Positions 11,970-23,765 are shown, counted from the first letter of the whole stretch. The stretch is 63,689 nt of DNA, filler included, from Lama guanicoe (GCA_013239625.1; 137 parts of 137 records of this genome joined end to end with filler, not necessarily neighbours in it), one strand, 5' to 3'. Notes: a model not told the origin generated them from the letters alone. A program made the numbers and translations.

Positions 11970-13998
11970 NNNNNNNNNNNNNNNNNNNNNNNNNNNNNNN
12001 NNNNNNNNNNNNNTTAATTAATTAANNNNNNNNNNNNNNNNNNNNNNNNNNNNNNNNNNNNNNNNNNNNGGTTGTAGGGAAAAAAACACAACGGTCACTC
12101 ATCCTAAACTTGTCATGATTTCAATTTACAAACAGGAGACAATCATTCTTGTTAGCAGCTGCTGCCCTTTTGAATCACCAGCAGATGCTTGCCCGAGCAG
12201 AGCTGTGAAAATTTCCAGAATTTTATATTTAACTTCCCTATTTAGTATTACTTAGGTAAAATTTTAGATTTGGAGCAAGTGACTAGAATTACAGAAACTG
12301 TAATAATTTTAGAAAGCAATAATAATAATGATAGTGGCAATTTCTGAAATTAATAACCTTTTGGGCCTGCCTGGAAGGCTTTTAAAAATCGGATTTGCAT
12401 CTCTAAAGTTTCAGAAGTTCTTGCAACAGGCTACNNNNNNNNNNNNNNNNNNNNNNNNNNNNNNNNNNNNNNNNNNNNTTAATTAATTAANNNNNNNNNN
12501 NNNNNNNNNNNNNNNNNNNNNNNNNNNNNNNNNNCATCCTAGCCTCTGAGGGCACAGGGGGCATTGACTCATTGGCTGTTTTACATCCCTTTCCCTCCCA
12601 GTGTAGCCACCCTGTACTGGTGTCGCAGACAAGACAAAGGAGGGTTTTTGCTGCATCTGCCTGGCTGCTCCCCTCGCGGGGACGAAGGTGCCTCTTAGTT
12701 TTGGTGGGTCAGTATAAGCCGCTGACTCTGATCAGGACCCTGAGGGACCGATACTGCCCTGAGCCGTATGAGGTCACCACGGAACCGCAGGCTGGGATTC
12801 ACTCGAACTCCGTAGCAGAATGCCATGGAGCTACAAAGTGGAGCCAGATCTCATGCTTCACAGGCCACACATTCATTCACAAACACACACACACACACAN
12901 NNNNNNNNNNNNNNNNNNNNNNNNNNNNNNNNNNNNNNNNNNNTTAATTAATTAANNNNNNNNNNNNNNNNNNNNNNNNNNNNNNNNNNNNNNNNNNNNC
13001 AGAACCTGGGACTCTGTCTGCTCCCTCTTTCTTGCTCACTCCACATGCAGTTGGATCCTCCCCTGTCCCTGGGTCCCAACTTCAAATGCTTTCATCACCT
13101 CTCTGAATGTCCCTCCCCCATCCTTTCCAGGCCACCACTGACATTGTCCCAGATTCATGTTCTTTTCTTCCATTTCTCGCTGCCTCTGATCCAATACAGG
13201 GATGTTGAAAAGATACATCTGTTTGGGTCTCTGTGCTAACATGCAAGAAATCTCTCAGGGGCATTTGGGAACAAGCCCCAATCCTCAGCCAGACCTGAAG
13301 GCCCTCCTCCTGCCAACAGCCCACCTGGACTTTCTCCCCTTGGTCCAGTCAGGCTAGGCTCTGTNNNNNNNNNNNNNNNNNNNNNNNNNNNNNNNNNNNN
13401 NNNNNNNNTTAATTAATTAANNNNNNNNNNNNNNNNNNNNNNNNNNNNNNNNNNNNNNNNNNNNCGGTCCGCCCCAGGTCAGGAGTTCCACAAGTGGGAG
13501 CCTGCCTTTATTCTCCCTGAGCTCCTGTCAAGGGAGGCTACTTTGTGTCTATGAGCCCCTCCTGCCCCCTTGTGGCCTCCCCTCACTAATTTTCTCTGCT
13601 CTTGGTTAAGAAGTCCATAAGTGTTGAATAAATTATCCCAGTGATCAGGGTTAGCTTTAAGAGCACAGTGAATTCTTTATCAGATCATACAAAGTGATGA
13701 CGTAATTGGAGGTTTCTCACCACAAAGATACTTTCTGAAATATGACGTCTAAGTCAACTTTCAATGCTGTTAATCATTTTCTCCCTTTCCTTCCAAAGAG
13801 CTTTGCACTTACAGTATAGCTGTCCTAAGNNNNNNNNNNNNNNNNNNNNNNNNNNNNNNNNNNNNNNNNNNNNTTAATTAATTAANNNNNNNNNNNNNNN
13901 NNNNNNNNNNNNNNNNNNNNNNNNNNNNNGACTTATTTGCTTCCGACCCCCTGATTCATTCCAGAGGTAAATGTTGTCATGTTTCTCTTTTGCCGTAG

Positions 13999-14238
13999 TC
14001 CAAAATTGAGGACATTAAACTAGATCTAGAAAATGAAGCTGAGAAGGTGATCCGACTGCACTTCCAAATGGAGCAGATCGTCTACTGCCAGGACAAGGTG
14101 TACCGGGGTGCGCTGCAGAAGGCCAGGGAGAAGGAGGCCGAAGAAGAAAAGAACAAAAAATCAAAGCATTCTTTTTCGACCCTCACTGAGGACCCCTCCA
14201 TAGCTGAGGTCGTTCAGCACCTGACTGCCTACCATGAG
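13999..14238 (+). CDS. MX1: MX1 (Mx dynamin-like GTPase) internal exon encoding stalk and loop L4
   Basis: Acceptor ttttgccgtAG, 240-nt phase-0 exon, donor GAG|GTGAGT. Translation [80 protein letters not shown] matches MxA '[29 protein letters not shown]'. Confidence 0.92.
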
Positions 14239-14394
14239 GTGAGTCTGCGAGTGTCTGAGAAAGGCGCTGTTCGTCTGTTCCCTTGTGTGTGATGNNNNNN
14301 NNNNNNNNNNNNNNNNNNNNNNNNNNNNNNNNNNNNNNTTAATTAATTAANNNNNNNNNNNNNNNNNNNNNNNNNNNNNNNNNNNNNNNNNNNN

Positions 14395-14759
14395 CCGCGG
14401 GCGCCCGGTCCCCGCCGGCCGCGACCTGCCTGCCCTCCCCACACTCCGGCGGGCGTCGGGTCCCGGTAAGAGGGGCCGCCGCCCGGGCGCGGGCCGCGAG
14501 GGGCCGGCGAGGCGACTCACCTTCGTCCAGCAGCCGCTCGAGGTGGTTGAAGATCCCGCAGAAGTTGGGCAGGCTGCTCATGAGCTTCTTATCGTTCATC
14601 AGCTGCATCAGGTAATCTGGGGTGGGCTTCGGCTTCTCCTTCGTTTCCATTTCCCCGACCATATTCCAGGCTCCGCAGCTCACTCCGCCCGCCGCCGCCG
14701 CCGCCGCCGGAGAGGAGGGAGGGGCGGGGAGCCCCGGCCGCCGGCCGCTCGGGGCCCGG
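14395..14759 (-). promoter_or_regulatory. QKI: CpG island of QKI 5' UTR/exon 1/intron 1, with a GCC repeat
   Basis: Very high GC and CpG density. (GCC)n tract at ~14690-14709 upstream of the ATG. Confidence 0.85.
14521..14662 (-). CDS. QKI: QKI (Quaking STAR/KH RNA-binding protein) first coding exon, QUA1 domain
   Basis: ATG at 14662-14660 gives [47 protein letters not shown], followed by donor AAG|GTGAGT. 142 coding nt. Confidence 0.97.
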
Positions 14760-15324
14760 NNNNNNNNNNNNNNNNNNNNNNNNNNNNNNNNNNNNNNNNN
14801 NNNTTAATTAATTAANNNNNNNNNNNNNNNNNNNNNNNNNNNNNNNNNNNNNNNNNNNNTTGGTGAACCTCGCTGGCAGCAAATTGGAAAAGCACAAAAT
14901 AAAGAAATCACCTAAGCAGGGTTTTGCAGGTCAGTACACGCGCTTCTTGATGAAAGAGCTACAATCTTAACTAGTATTATTTGAACAACATCTTGTTTTG
15001 TCAGAGCAGGTCTGTCACTGCCGAAGTCTTTGGGTTCGGATGGACTGAACACTGGTTGAGTGACAGCAGGTGTGGTGATGAGTGTGTGTGACACTAAGAA
15101 TGATGCCGTGGTGGGGGTGGCACCCAGAGAATCCCCAGGCCTCCCCACCTCCCAGTGCCAGCGTTTATTCTGAACACACTTTTTGAAGAAAAGTCTGTGT
15201 TCTCTCCCTGCACATTGACCCCCCNNNNNNNNNNNNNNNNNNNNNNNNNNNNNNNNNNNNNNNNNNNNTTAATTAATTAANNNNNNNNNNNNNNNNNNNN
15301 NNNNNNNNNNNNNNNNNNNNNNNN

Positions 15325-15689
15325 CCCTTGTATATATGTTCCTTGAATACGGAAGTGTTCATTTGTGATGCTTTGCACTGGGGGTGGGGGTGGGCGGGAG
15401 ATAAATTGCAACAAAGAGTGTGAGATGTGAGGTTGTGTCGAGATGCAGTCTCATCACACGCGCATGGTGTGGAGCCTGCTGTTTTATCTATTTATTGTGC
15501 CGTGTTTACAGTTTTGTACACTGTACCTTCACTGGTTCCTGTGCTGTAGTAAATGTGTTAGGTAGCTGTGGACTCCTTGGTGTTTTGTAAATGGTAGAAC
15601 ATAACCTGGTTCCCCTCTGGGTCCATGAGTTTTCTGTGTATCATGTGAAAAAAATGGTGACATACATACAGAATTTTACAAAAAAAAAA
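15325..15689 (+). other. 3' UTR-like unique sequence ending in an A-run (gene unidentified)
   Basis: TGTA/GT-rich non-repeat sequence typical of mammalian 3' UTRs. No ORF. Confidence 0.35.
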
Positions 15690-15789
15690 NNNNNNNNNNN
15701 NNNNNNNNNNNNNNNNNNNNNNNNNNNNNNNNNTTAATTAATTAANNNNNNNNNNNNNNNNNNNNNNNNNNNNNNNNNNNNNNNNNNNN

Positions 15790-16152
15790 TGTAATTTCTT
15801 CATTTTCCTTTCTTATTTTGCTTATTTGTGCTCTCTCATTTTTCTTCTTCGTGAATTTGGCAAGAGGTTTCTCGATTTTATTTACTTTTTCAAAAAACCA
15901 GTTTTTGGTTTGATTGATTTTTTCTATTATTTTAATCTCTATTTTGTTTATTTCCTCCCTGATCTTTATTATTTCCTACCTTCTGTTGCCTTTTGGGGAT
16001 TTTTACTCTTCTTTTTCTAAAAAAAATGGAAAAAATATCCCATACTCTTGGAATGGAAGACACAATATTGTTAAAATGGTCATGTTGACCAAGGCAATCT
16101 ACAGATTTAATGCAATCCCTATCAATTTACAGAGGACATATTTCACAGAACT
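15790..16152. mobile_element. L1 ORF2 inversion junction: antisense post-endonuclease segment joined to sense RT-thumb segment
   Basis: 15790-~16018 on the minus strand reads ..[36 protein letters not shown]. ~16020-16152 on the plus strand reads [31 protein letters not shown]. Confidence 0.85.
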
Positions 16153-17387
16153 NNNNNNNNNNNNNNNNNNNNNNNNNNNNNNNNNNNNNNNNNNNNTTAA
16201 TTAATTAANNNNNNNNNNNNNNNNNNNNNNNNNNNNNNNNNNNNNNNNNNNNAAGACATTTTCTGCTCAATAATATGTTTGCTTATATTGTATTTTTTTA
16301 ATACTCAACTTATTCAAAAATCATTAAATCTATAAAATGCAATGTAATCTTATTTTTAAGTAAAAAATATCTCTCAGGAAGCAAATCAGGGCAAAAGAAA
16401 TATCAAGGAAATTAACTTTATCTGCTCAGCAGAATGCAACTACCAGCAGATTATTTTCTGAACATTTCTCTATAAATCAGTTGTTTGAAAATCTTTTATA
16501 TTTTCCCATTGGGACAATATTATAGTGATTGAGATTTCGGAGAGAGTATTGCCAATGCCTAATTAACTCAGGCTGTATGTTGAAAAGGAAACAATGTAAA
16601 ATAAAATAGTATAAAATNNNNNNNNNNNNNNNNNNNNNNNNNNNNNNNNNNNNNNNNNNNNTTAATTAATTAANNNNNNNNNNNNNNNNNNNNNNNNNNN
16701 NNNNNNNNNNNNNNNNNAAAAAAAAAGACAGTTTTTACAACTCATCTTTAATATTCTTATGAGGCAGGCTGGATATAGCTGCAAAAGCATTTAGATATTT
16801 TTCAGCAAAATAGCAAATGTCCTCCAAGGGTTGACTGCATCTTCCTTATTGATGCATTGATTCCACACCACATCATGAAAAAATCATACTCTATTTTGGG
16901 AACAACGTGACATTTTCAAAGTCCCATCTGACATTCAGTGGGAATCAATGTCCTAGTTCTGTTGATTCTAAGTACTATTGAGGCACCTCAATGAAAGAGG
17001 CTCCTGGAGGACTATGTGTTGTGTCCCAAGACCTGAGCTCACCTCGATCTGCTGTCCCAAGTTAGTAGACATAATATAGTGCNNNNNNNNNNNNNNNNNN
17101 NNNNNNNNNNNNNNNNNNNNNNNNNNTTAATTAATTAANNNNNNNNNNNNNNNNNNNNNNNNNNNNNNNNNNNNNNNNNNNNAAAAAGCGGCTTAGGCAG
17201 AAGGACAGTCGGTGCACAGTTGTGGAAGTTGGAGGGTACAGGAGGAATGTGAGGCCAGGGCGAGTGGGCCACCAGAGGGGAGGCTGGATGTGTGCAGGGT
17301 GCTGGGGGGAGGCTGCAAGGGGGTGGGGTCAGTTTGTAGGGCTGTGTGTCAGCAAGTCTGGAAGTTGTTGTGGAGGAACGTGACTGC

Positions 17388-17545
17388 CATTCATCCATCC
17401 ATCCTCCATCCACTTATATCCATCTTCCATTCATCTATCCACCCACTCAGCCATCCACCCACCCACCTTCTATCCATCCACCCACTTGGCTACCCACCCA
17501 CCTCCCTGTCCACCCATCCACTCGCTCATCTGCCCATCCAGCCCT
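17388..17545 (+). repeat. Degenerate (CCAT/CCAC)n tetranucleotide repeat
   Basis: cattcatccatccatcctccatccac...cacccatccac. Confidence 0.85.
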
Positions 17546-17647
17546 TANNNNNNNNNNNNNNNNNNNNNNNNNNNNNNNNNNNNNNNNNNNNTTAATTAAT
17601 TAANNNNNNNNNNNNNNNNNNNNNNNNNNNNNNNNNNNNNNNNNNNN

Positions 17648-17705
17648 GTACTCCCTGATCATGCTCATGGCTCAGAATCTGAACCTGCGGAATTTCATTT
17701 ACAAG
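17648..17705 (+). CDS. Candidate 3' part of a coding exon (YSLIMLMAQNLNLRNFIYK), gene unidentified
   Basis: Open frame with coding-like codon usage from the contig start, ending at a strong donor AAG|GTAAGG. Confidence 0.4.
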
Positions 17706-18112
17706 GTAAGGGGCAGACGGCGGGCCTGACGCAGGCAGGGTGACTGTGCCGGTGACTCCGTGCTGCGGTGGGGGAGCCTGTGCAGGGCTTCTGAGTCCCT
17801 GGGTGCTGCCTCGGGGGTGGGCATGGAATCAGGGGGTGTTCAGGAGACTCTCCGGGGCCCTTGGGGTCAGGCCCATCAGGACATCCGGCAGAGCGCTGGT
17901 CAGCACGCTCAACGCGGAAGGACCAGCGAGCAGAGTCACCACCAAAGCTCTCTCTGCGGACCGCCCTCCTGGAGTGTTTATCTGGAGAGCTGGGCTCCCG
18001 CTGGGCCCCTCCNNNNNNNNNNNNNNNNNNNNNNNNNNNNNNNNNNNNNNNNNNNNTTAATTAATTAANNNNNNNNNNNNNNNNNNNNNNNNNNNNNNNN
18101 NNNNNNNNNNNN

Positions 18113-18477
18113 ATAACCTTATAGGAGTTCCCTTGTATGTTATTTATTGCTTTTTTGTTCCTGATTTTAATATGTTCTCCTTATCCTTAACTTTTATCAG
18201 TTTGATGACTGTGTGCCTTGGTGTGCTCCCCTTTGAGCTGATTCTTTGTGGAACTCCCTGTGCTTCCTGGACTTGGGTGACTTAAATTTCCCAAGTTAGG
18301 AAAGTTTTTGGTGATTATCTCTCCAAAAACTTTCTGAGGTTCTTCCTCTCTCTTCTCTTTCTGGGACCCCTATAATGTGAACATTAATGCACTTCATGTA
18401 GTCCCAGAGTTGTCTTAAACTATCTTCATTCTTTTCATTCTTTTTCCTTTTTTCTGTTCTGCAGTAGTGATTTCCAC
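18113..18477 (-). mobile_element. L1 ORF1 fragment
   Basis: aaccttataggagttcccttgtatgtt...ctgtgcttcctggacttgg...ctgggacccctataatg are antisense L1 ORF1 hallmarks. Confidence 0.85.
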
Positions 18478-20559
18478 NNNNNNNNNNNNNNNNNNNNNNN
18501 NNNNNNNNNNNNNNNNNNNNNTTAATTAATTAANNNNNNNNNNNNNNNNNNNNNNNNNNNNNNNNNNNNNNNNNNNNTGTGTGTGTGTGAGTGTGTGTGT
18601 GTGTGTTTGACAACTGTAGGATTCAAAAATACTGTACTCCTTGAATTCTCATGTTTCTACCAGAGATGCTAAGAAAGTACAAATCCTAATACTGACTTTT
18701 TTATTTTCTTGGAAGATCAGGTTGTATCAATTCAAGTTATAAATAATTTGAGTCCATAAGTATTCTCTTTGGTATGAATGATTTTGTGTCTTTCCTTGAC
18801 TTTGTGTCTATGCTTCCTAATTTTCTTCATTTTACTAAATAGGCACTGGCCAGAAAGGATGATTTTTGGGGTCACAAAGGTAGTAAAAGATGTATATGTA
18901 TATATGAATCACTTTGCTGCACACCTGAAATATTGTAAATCANNNNNNNNNNNNNNNNNNNNNNNNNNNNNNNNNNNNNNNNNNNNTTAATTAATTAANN
19001 NNNNNNNNNNNNNNNNNNNNNNNNNNNNNNNNNNNNNNNNNNAAAAAATATGATATGATAGAGATTTAGCTTTTAAATAAATAGCATAACTGTTGGATCT
19101 AAAAATGGATCTCTAAGACAAGAATTTCCCTGTGCTTATATTTTGATAATTAATTCACTATATCCTCAGAATACCTTAATACTTTTTAGTTACTTTGTAA
19201 ATTATAGAAGCTCAGATTCTCAATTTTTGAACTTTAGAGGCAGATTGCATTGTTTTGTAATTATCTAAATTAATTGTATTTCCTTTATAGATACTTGTTC
19301 CTTCTTAACAAATTATTTTTGGTAGTATAAAGTAAAACACCACATTCATATCTAATTAAAGTTTTTATGATTATTTCTAACCATTTAAAGAAACCTAGAG
19401 CCCATTANNNNNNNNNNNNNNNNNNNNNNNNNNNNNNNNNNNNNNNNNNNNTTAATTAATTAANNNNNNNNNNNNNNNNNNNNNNNNNNNNNNNNNNNNN
19501 NNNNNNNAGGACATAATTTTGCCACATTTGGTACCCAGTTCTTGAGTGGGACTCTGATTTTCAGAGCGACGATGATCAGAGCTGGAAAAAGTCACACTGC
19601 TCCATCTCTAACCATCTGTCAGTTGCTGAGAAGGCTCTTCCTTCCTATTAAAGCGTTTTCTTTTTGAGTCCCTCACCACGTGCATTGATAATTTTCAGGT
19701 CACTCTGTGTATGATTCATTTTCCGGCAAGCTTCATTGTTTTGAATATATTAAAAGTTCCTTCCTAATATAAGTTACCCCATTTTTGACAGCTGTGAAGA
19801 AAATAGCTGAGAAATATGTACAGAAATATGCTGGGATTTTTTGGTCATAAATGGAGAGAGCTCTGTAAGCATNNNNNNNNNNNNNNNNNNNNNNNNNNNN
19901 NNNNNNNNNNNNNNNNTTAATTAATTAANNNNNNNNNNNNNNNNNNNNNNNNNNNNNNNNNNNNNNNNNNNNGGTCGAGGAGGACCAAAGAGTTTACTGT
20001 AGACGGAGCATAGAATCTTGGACTCCATGAGAACGATGTTCGGAAAGAATGAAACTTATTGTGGCTTGAGTGTGTCAGCCTCTTGTAGAGTTCTCCATCT
20101 TTTACGACTGCTTATGGCGTTGAACAGGAAAACAGTACTCAGAACAAGTCATCCACAAGCTAAAAACAACACGCTAAATTTATACTTACAGCTCATGCCC
20201 TTTCTGAACCCAAAGCATTTCCCATTACTAGTGTCCTCACAGCGCCTTTCACATCTTTGTTTCTCAGAGTGTAGATAATGGGGTTTAAGAGTGGTGTGAC
20301 TATGGTGTAGGAAAGAGAGACAAACTTCCCCCGGATTNNNNNNNNNNNNNNNNNNNNNNNNNNNNNNNNNNNNNNNNNNNNTTAATTAATTAANNNNNNN
20401 NNNNNNNNNNNNNNNNNNNNNNNNNNNNNNNNNNNNNCTGCAGCCTGCACCCATGCCCTTGAGGGCAGAGAGAAGCCCCGACTCCCAAGCCCCTGTCAAT
20501 TCATCCACACATGCATTATTCATTCCTTCATTCAAATATTTATAGGCAACTCATTATTC

Positions 20560-20710
20560 TGAACCCAGTAAATAAAAGGAAAGAATCAAGTATTTGCCTT
20601 GCCTGTCCTATATAACTGTTCCTCCAGGTAACCAACAGTTGATGAGAGGATGTTTCTTTTTATAGAAGCATTCTAGCTGATAATTGGAGAAGGAAAGATA
20701 GAATTAGTCC
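20560..20710 (+). mobile_element. L1MC-type 3' UTR relic
   Basis: aaataaaaggaaagaatcaag...ggtaaccaacagttgatgag...atagaagcattctagctgataa. Confidence 0.55.
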
Positions 20711-20902
20711 CCACTTAGCGTCCTCTACTGAATAGACGGCTTTAGGCACAGAGCATCCACAGAGAAGCAACCTGAGAACAGCTTCCTGATGGGCGGATAC
20801 ACNNNNNNNNNNNNNNNNNNNNNNNNNNNNNNNNNNNNNNNNNNNNTTAATTAATTAANNNNNNNNNNNNNNNNNNNNNNNNNNNNNNNNNNNNNNNNNN
20901 NN

Positions 20903-21005
20903 GTTTGTTTGTTTGTTTGTTTGTTTAATGGAAGGACCTGGGGTTGAACCCAGGACCTTGTACCTGCTAAGCCCACACTCTACCACTGAGCTGTACCCTC
21001 CCCCC
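20903..21005 (-). mobile_element. tRNA-derived SINE of camelid type, with (AAAC)n tail
   Basis: Minus strand reads gggggagggtacagctcagtggtagagtg...aaggtcctgggttcaacccc...ccattaaacaaac. Pol III A box (agctcagtgg) and B box (ggttcaaccc) are present. Confidence 0.85.
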
Positions 21006-22307
21006 AATAACTTCCTATATGCTCTTAAAAAGTGTAAGATTAGTGTTTTTTTTTCCCCCATAAATGTTTGTTAACACTTGTGGGTAAAGACACTCAGAAT
21101 TGTAGTTTTTATTTAGAAGGATAATAAATCTAAACCTAAATTTTTTTAGTGCTGTTCATATTTCTATCCTATGTCAATTGTGGTAAAGTACATTATTTTG
21201 GGGAGTCATCCATTTTGTTTAATTTGCCTACTGGAGGAGAAAGGCAGTTGTTGACAACCTTTTTTTTNNNNNNNNNNNNNNNNNNNNNNNNNNNNNNNNN
21301 NNNNNNNNNNNTTAATTAATTAANNNNNNNNNNNNNNNNNNNNNNNNNNNNNNNNNNNNNNNNNNNNGTCAGAGAGATTTCATATTTTGAAAACATGATC
21401 AAAGCTGATTTTTGATGAAGCTTCTCTCCCCATTAATTGCCCTTCCTCATTCCAGGGACTTCAATTTCCAGTCCTAAAACTGCCAGTGACTCATTGTGTA
21501 GCCACAGACAAGCCATATAAATATTCCCCAGGCAAATTTCCCCTCTGCAAAATGAGTGCACTAAATCAAAGCTACTAAAAAGTATATTCTTGAAAATTCT
21601 CGAAAATTATCTTATCGGTGGTTGAAAATACATTGTAAATCTGATATATTCTGTGACTGTTTACTGACATATCTCACACTACCCCTGCCAGTCCTATGAG
21701 GTTAGAGTTTAAATTCACAGCAGAAAAAAAAANNNNNNNNNNNNNNNNNNNNNNNNNNNNNNNNNNNNNNNNNNNNTTAATTAATTAANNNNNNNNNNNN
21801 NNNNNNNNNNNNNNNNNNNNNNNNNNNNNNNNGGCCTTTAACACTTACCCTGACTTCATGGCATGCATTTTTATGACTTTATCTCCCCCTGGTTTCAATT
21901 AAGTGTTGAATCCCCATTTTCTCTTCACTCTCACTTTTGTCTTTTTGTTTTTATGGTTGTTGAGTTGTGTTTAAAAAATTGTTTAATTTCTCTTTTAGCA
22001 GGAGGCTGATAATAAATAAATATGTAAACAGACATCACTCTTAAATGCTTTTATACATTCTAAGCTGTTTAGTAGTTACTTAAACACTAAATTGAATACT
22101 AAAGTGATAATATTTTTAAATTATTTTTAAAATTTTTTATAAAGGTAGAGTTGATTTACAATATTATATGTTTCAGGTGTACAATAGATTCAAAATTNNN
22201 NNNNNNNNNNNNNNNNNNNNNNNNNNNNNNNNNNNNNNNNNTTAATTAATTAANNNNNNNNNNNNNNNNNNNNNNNNNNNNNNNNNNNNNNNNNNNNAAA
22301 AAAAAAG

Positions 22308-22662
22308 AGGATCAGGGTCAAGGAAGGTCTGGGTGAGGCTGTCATGTTCAGTATCAAGGCAAGGGTGAGCAGGAGGGTCACAGTCAGATACAGGATAAGG
22401 GCCAGGGTCAGGTTGAGGATTTATATGAAGTTCAGAGCCAAGGTCAGTTTCATGATCAGTATGTGGGTGGATCTGGGTTCTGAGGGTCAGGGACATAATC
22501 AAGTCCAGCTGAGTTTGTCAAGGTCACAGTCAGCGTAATGGTGAGGGTCAGAACTTCTGGTTAGCCAGTATTAGGATGAAAACGTGGAACAGAGGGTCAA
22601 GTTCAGATGAAAAGGCAGGTTCAGGATCAGATTGAGGGTGAGGGTTTGTCAGAGTGAAGGTC
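22308..22662 (+). repeat. Decayed hexamer-periodic array (AGGGTC/TCAGGG-like)
   Basis: Recurrent agggtca, aaggtca, agggtga and ggttca motifs across the contig. Confidence 0.6.
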
Positions 22663-23227
22663 NNNNNNNNNNNNNNNNNNNNNNNNNNNNNNNNNNNNNN
22701 NNNNNNTTAATTAATTAANNNNNNNNNNNNNNNNNNNNNNNNNNNNNNNNNNNNNNNNNNNNGTGGCTTTGGTGGCTGCTCTGTCCCCACAACACTGACC
22801 ACAGTCCTTCCTGAGGGACCAAGCAGTGCCCACAGTTGGTCCTCGTGACCCGGAGCTGAGGGACACGGGGCCGTGGAGACGCAACCCCTGGGGTCCTTAC
22901 ACCGTCACAGTGTCTCTTCATGGTTCAGAGAAGAACCTGCCAGTATCCCTCTGGTGCAGGCTGCCGTGAGGTTGCACGGAGGCTGTGAAAATGCAAGTAT
23001 TTAACTGTGAGGCTCCGTGAGCCTGCCCCTGGCACCTTGGCCCCGTATCGCTGACTGGTTATTTCTCATGGGCCCCTGGGGACCCTCCTTCCACACCCCA
23101 CCCACTCTCCTGCCCCAGGATGTGAGCNNNNNNNNNNNNNNNNNNNNNNNNNNNNNNNNNNNNNNNNNNNNTTAATTAATTAANNNNNNNNNNNNNNNNN
23201 NNNNNNNNNNNNNNNNNNNNNNNNNNN

Positions 23228-23326
23228 ATCTTGTTTATCTATTCTACAATTTTGAAATCCCAGTCTATCTCTTCCACCACGAATTTGTGGTTGCCAAGGG
23301 GGCAGGGGGTGGGAAGAGAGAGATTG
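23228..23326 (-). mobile_element. 5'-truncated, 5'-inverted L1 3' end
   Basis: 23228-23275 is antisense L1 3' UTR (ggaagagatagactgggatttcaaaattgtagaatagataaacaagat). ~23278-23326 is the upstream L1 segment in the opposite orientation (gaatttgtggttgccaagggggcagggggtgggaag). Confidence 0.75.
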
Positions 23327-23688
23327 AACTTTAGTTTTAATGGGAGACCTTTAGCTTTTGCTCCAAGTATCCTAGTACAACCAGGGTACCATTCGGGAGA
23401 ATCTTCCAGAGCACAGGCTTGTGATAATGAAATCTCATCAGCCTAATCTTAATTAAAGGGGCAGTCTTAAGCTATATGCAGTCACAGTATAACAAAACCT
23501 TTTGTTTGCTTCCCTACAAAGTTATTGAATCTGCCCAGTGTGGGGGGCGTTTTTGCTAGTAGCTGCAGAGACAGGGGTGAGCAATCCANNNNNNNNNNNN
23601 NNNNNNNNNNNNNNNNNNNNNNNNNNNNNNNNTTAATTAATTAANNNNNNNNNNNNNNNNNNNNNNNNNNNNNNNNNNNNNNNNNNNN

Positions 23689-23765
23689 CATGCTTGGCAT
23701 GCACGAGGTCCTGGGTTCAGTCCCCAGTACCTCCATTTTAAAAATAGAAAGAAAGAAACTAGAAA
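23689..23765 (+). mobile_element. tRNA-derived SINE (3' half with A-rich tail), camelid type
   Basis: catgcttggcatgcacgaggtcctgggttcagtccccagtacctcca plus an A-rich tail. Same family as 20903-21005. Confidence 0.85.

Noticed and set aside
13930..14759. MX1 next to QKI as a gene cluster
   Set aside because: They are separated by a linker and adjacent only because of equal contig length.
20925..21005. tRNA gene call for the tRNA-like sequence (also 23689-23740)
   Set aside because: The acceptor stem is degenerate and an A-rich or (AAAC)n tail follows, which indicates a SINE.
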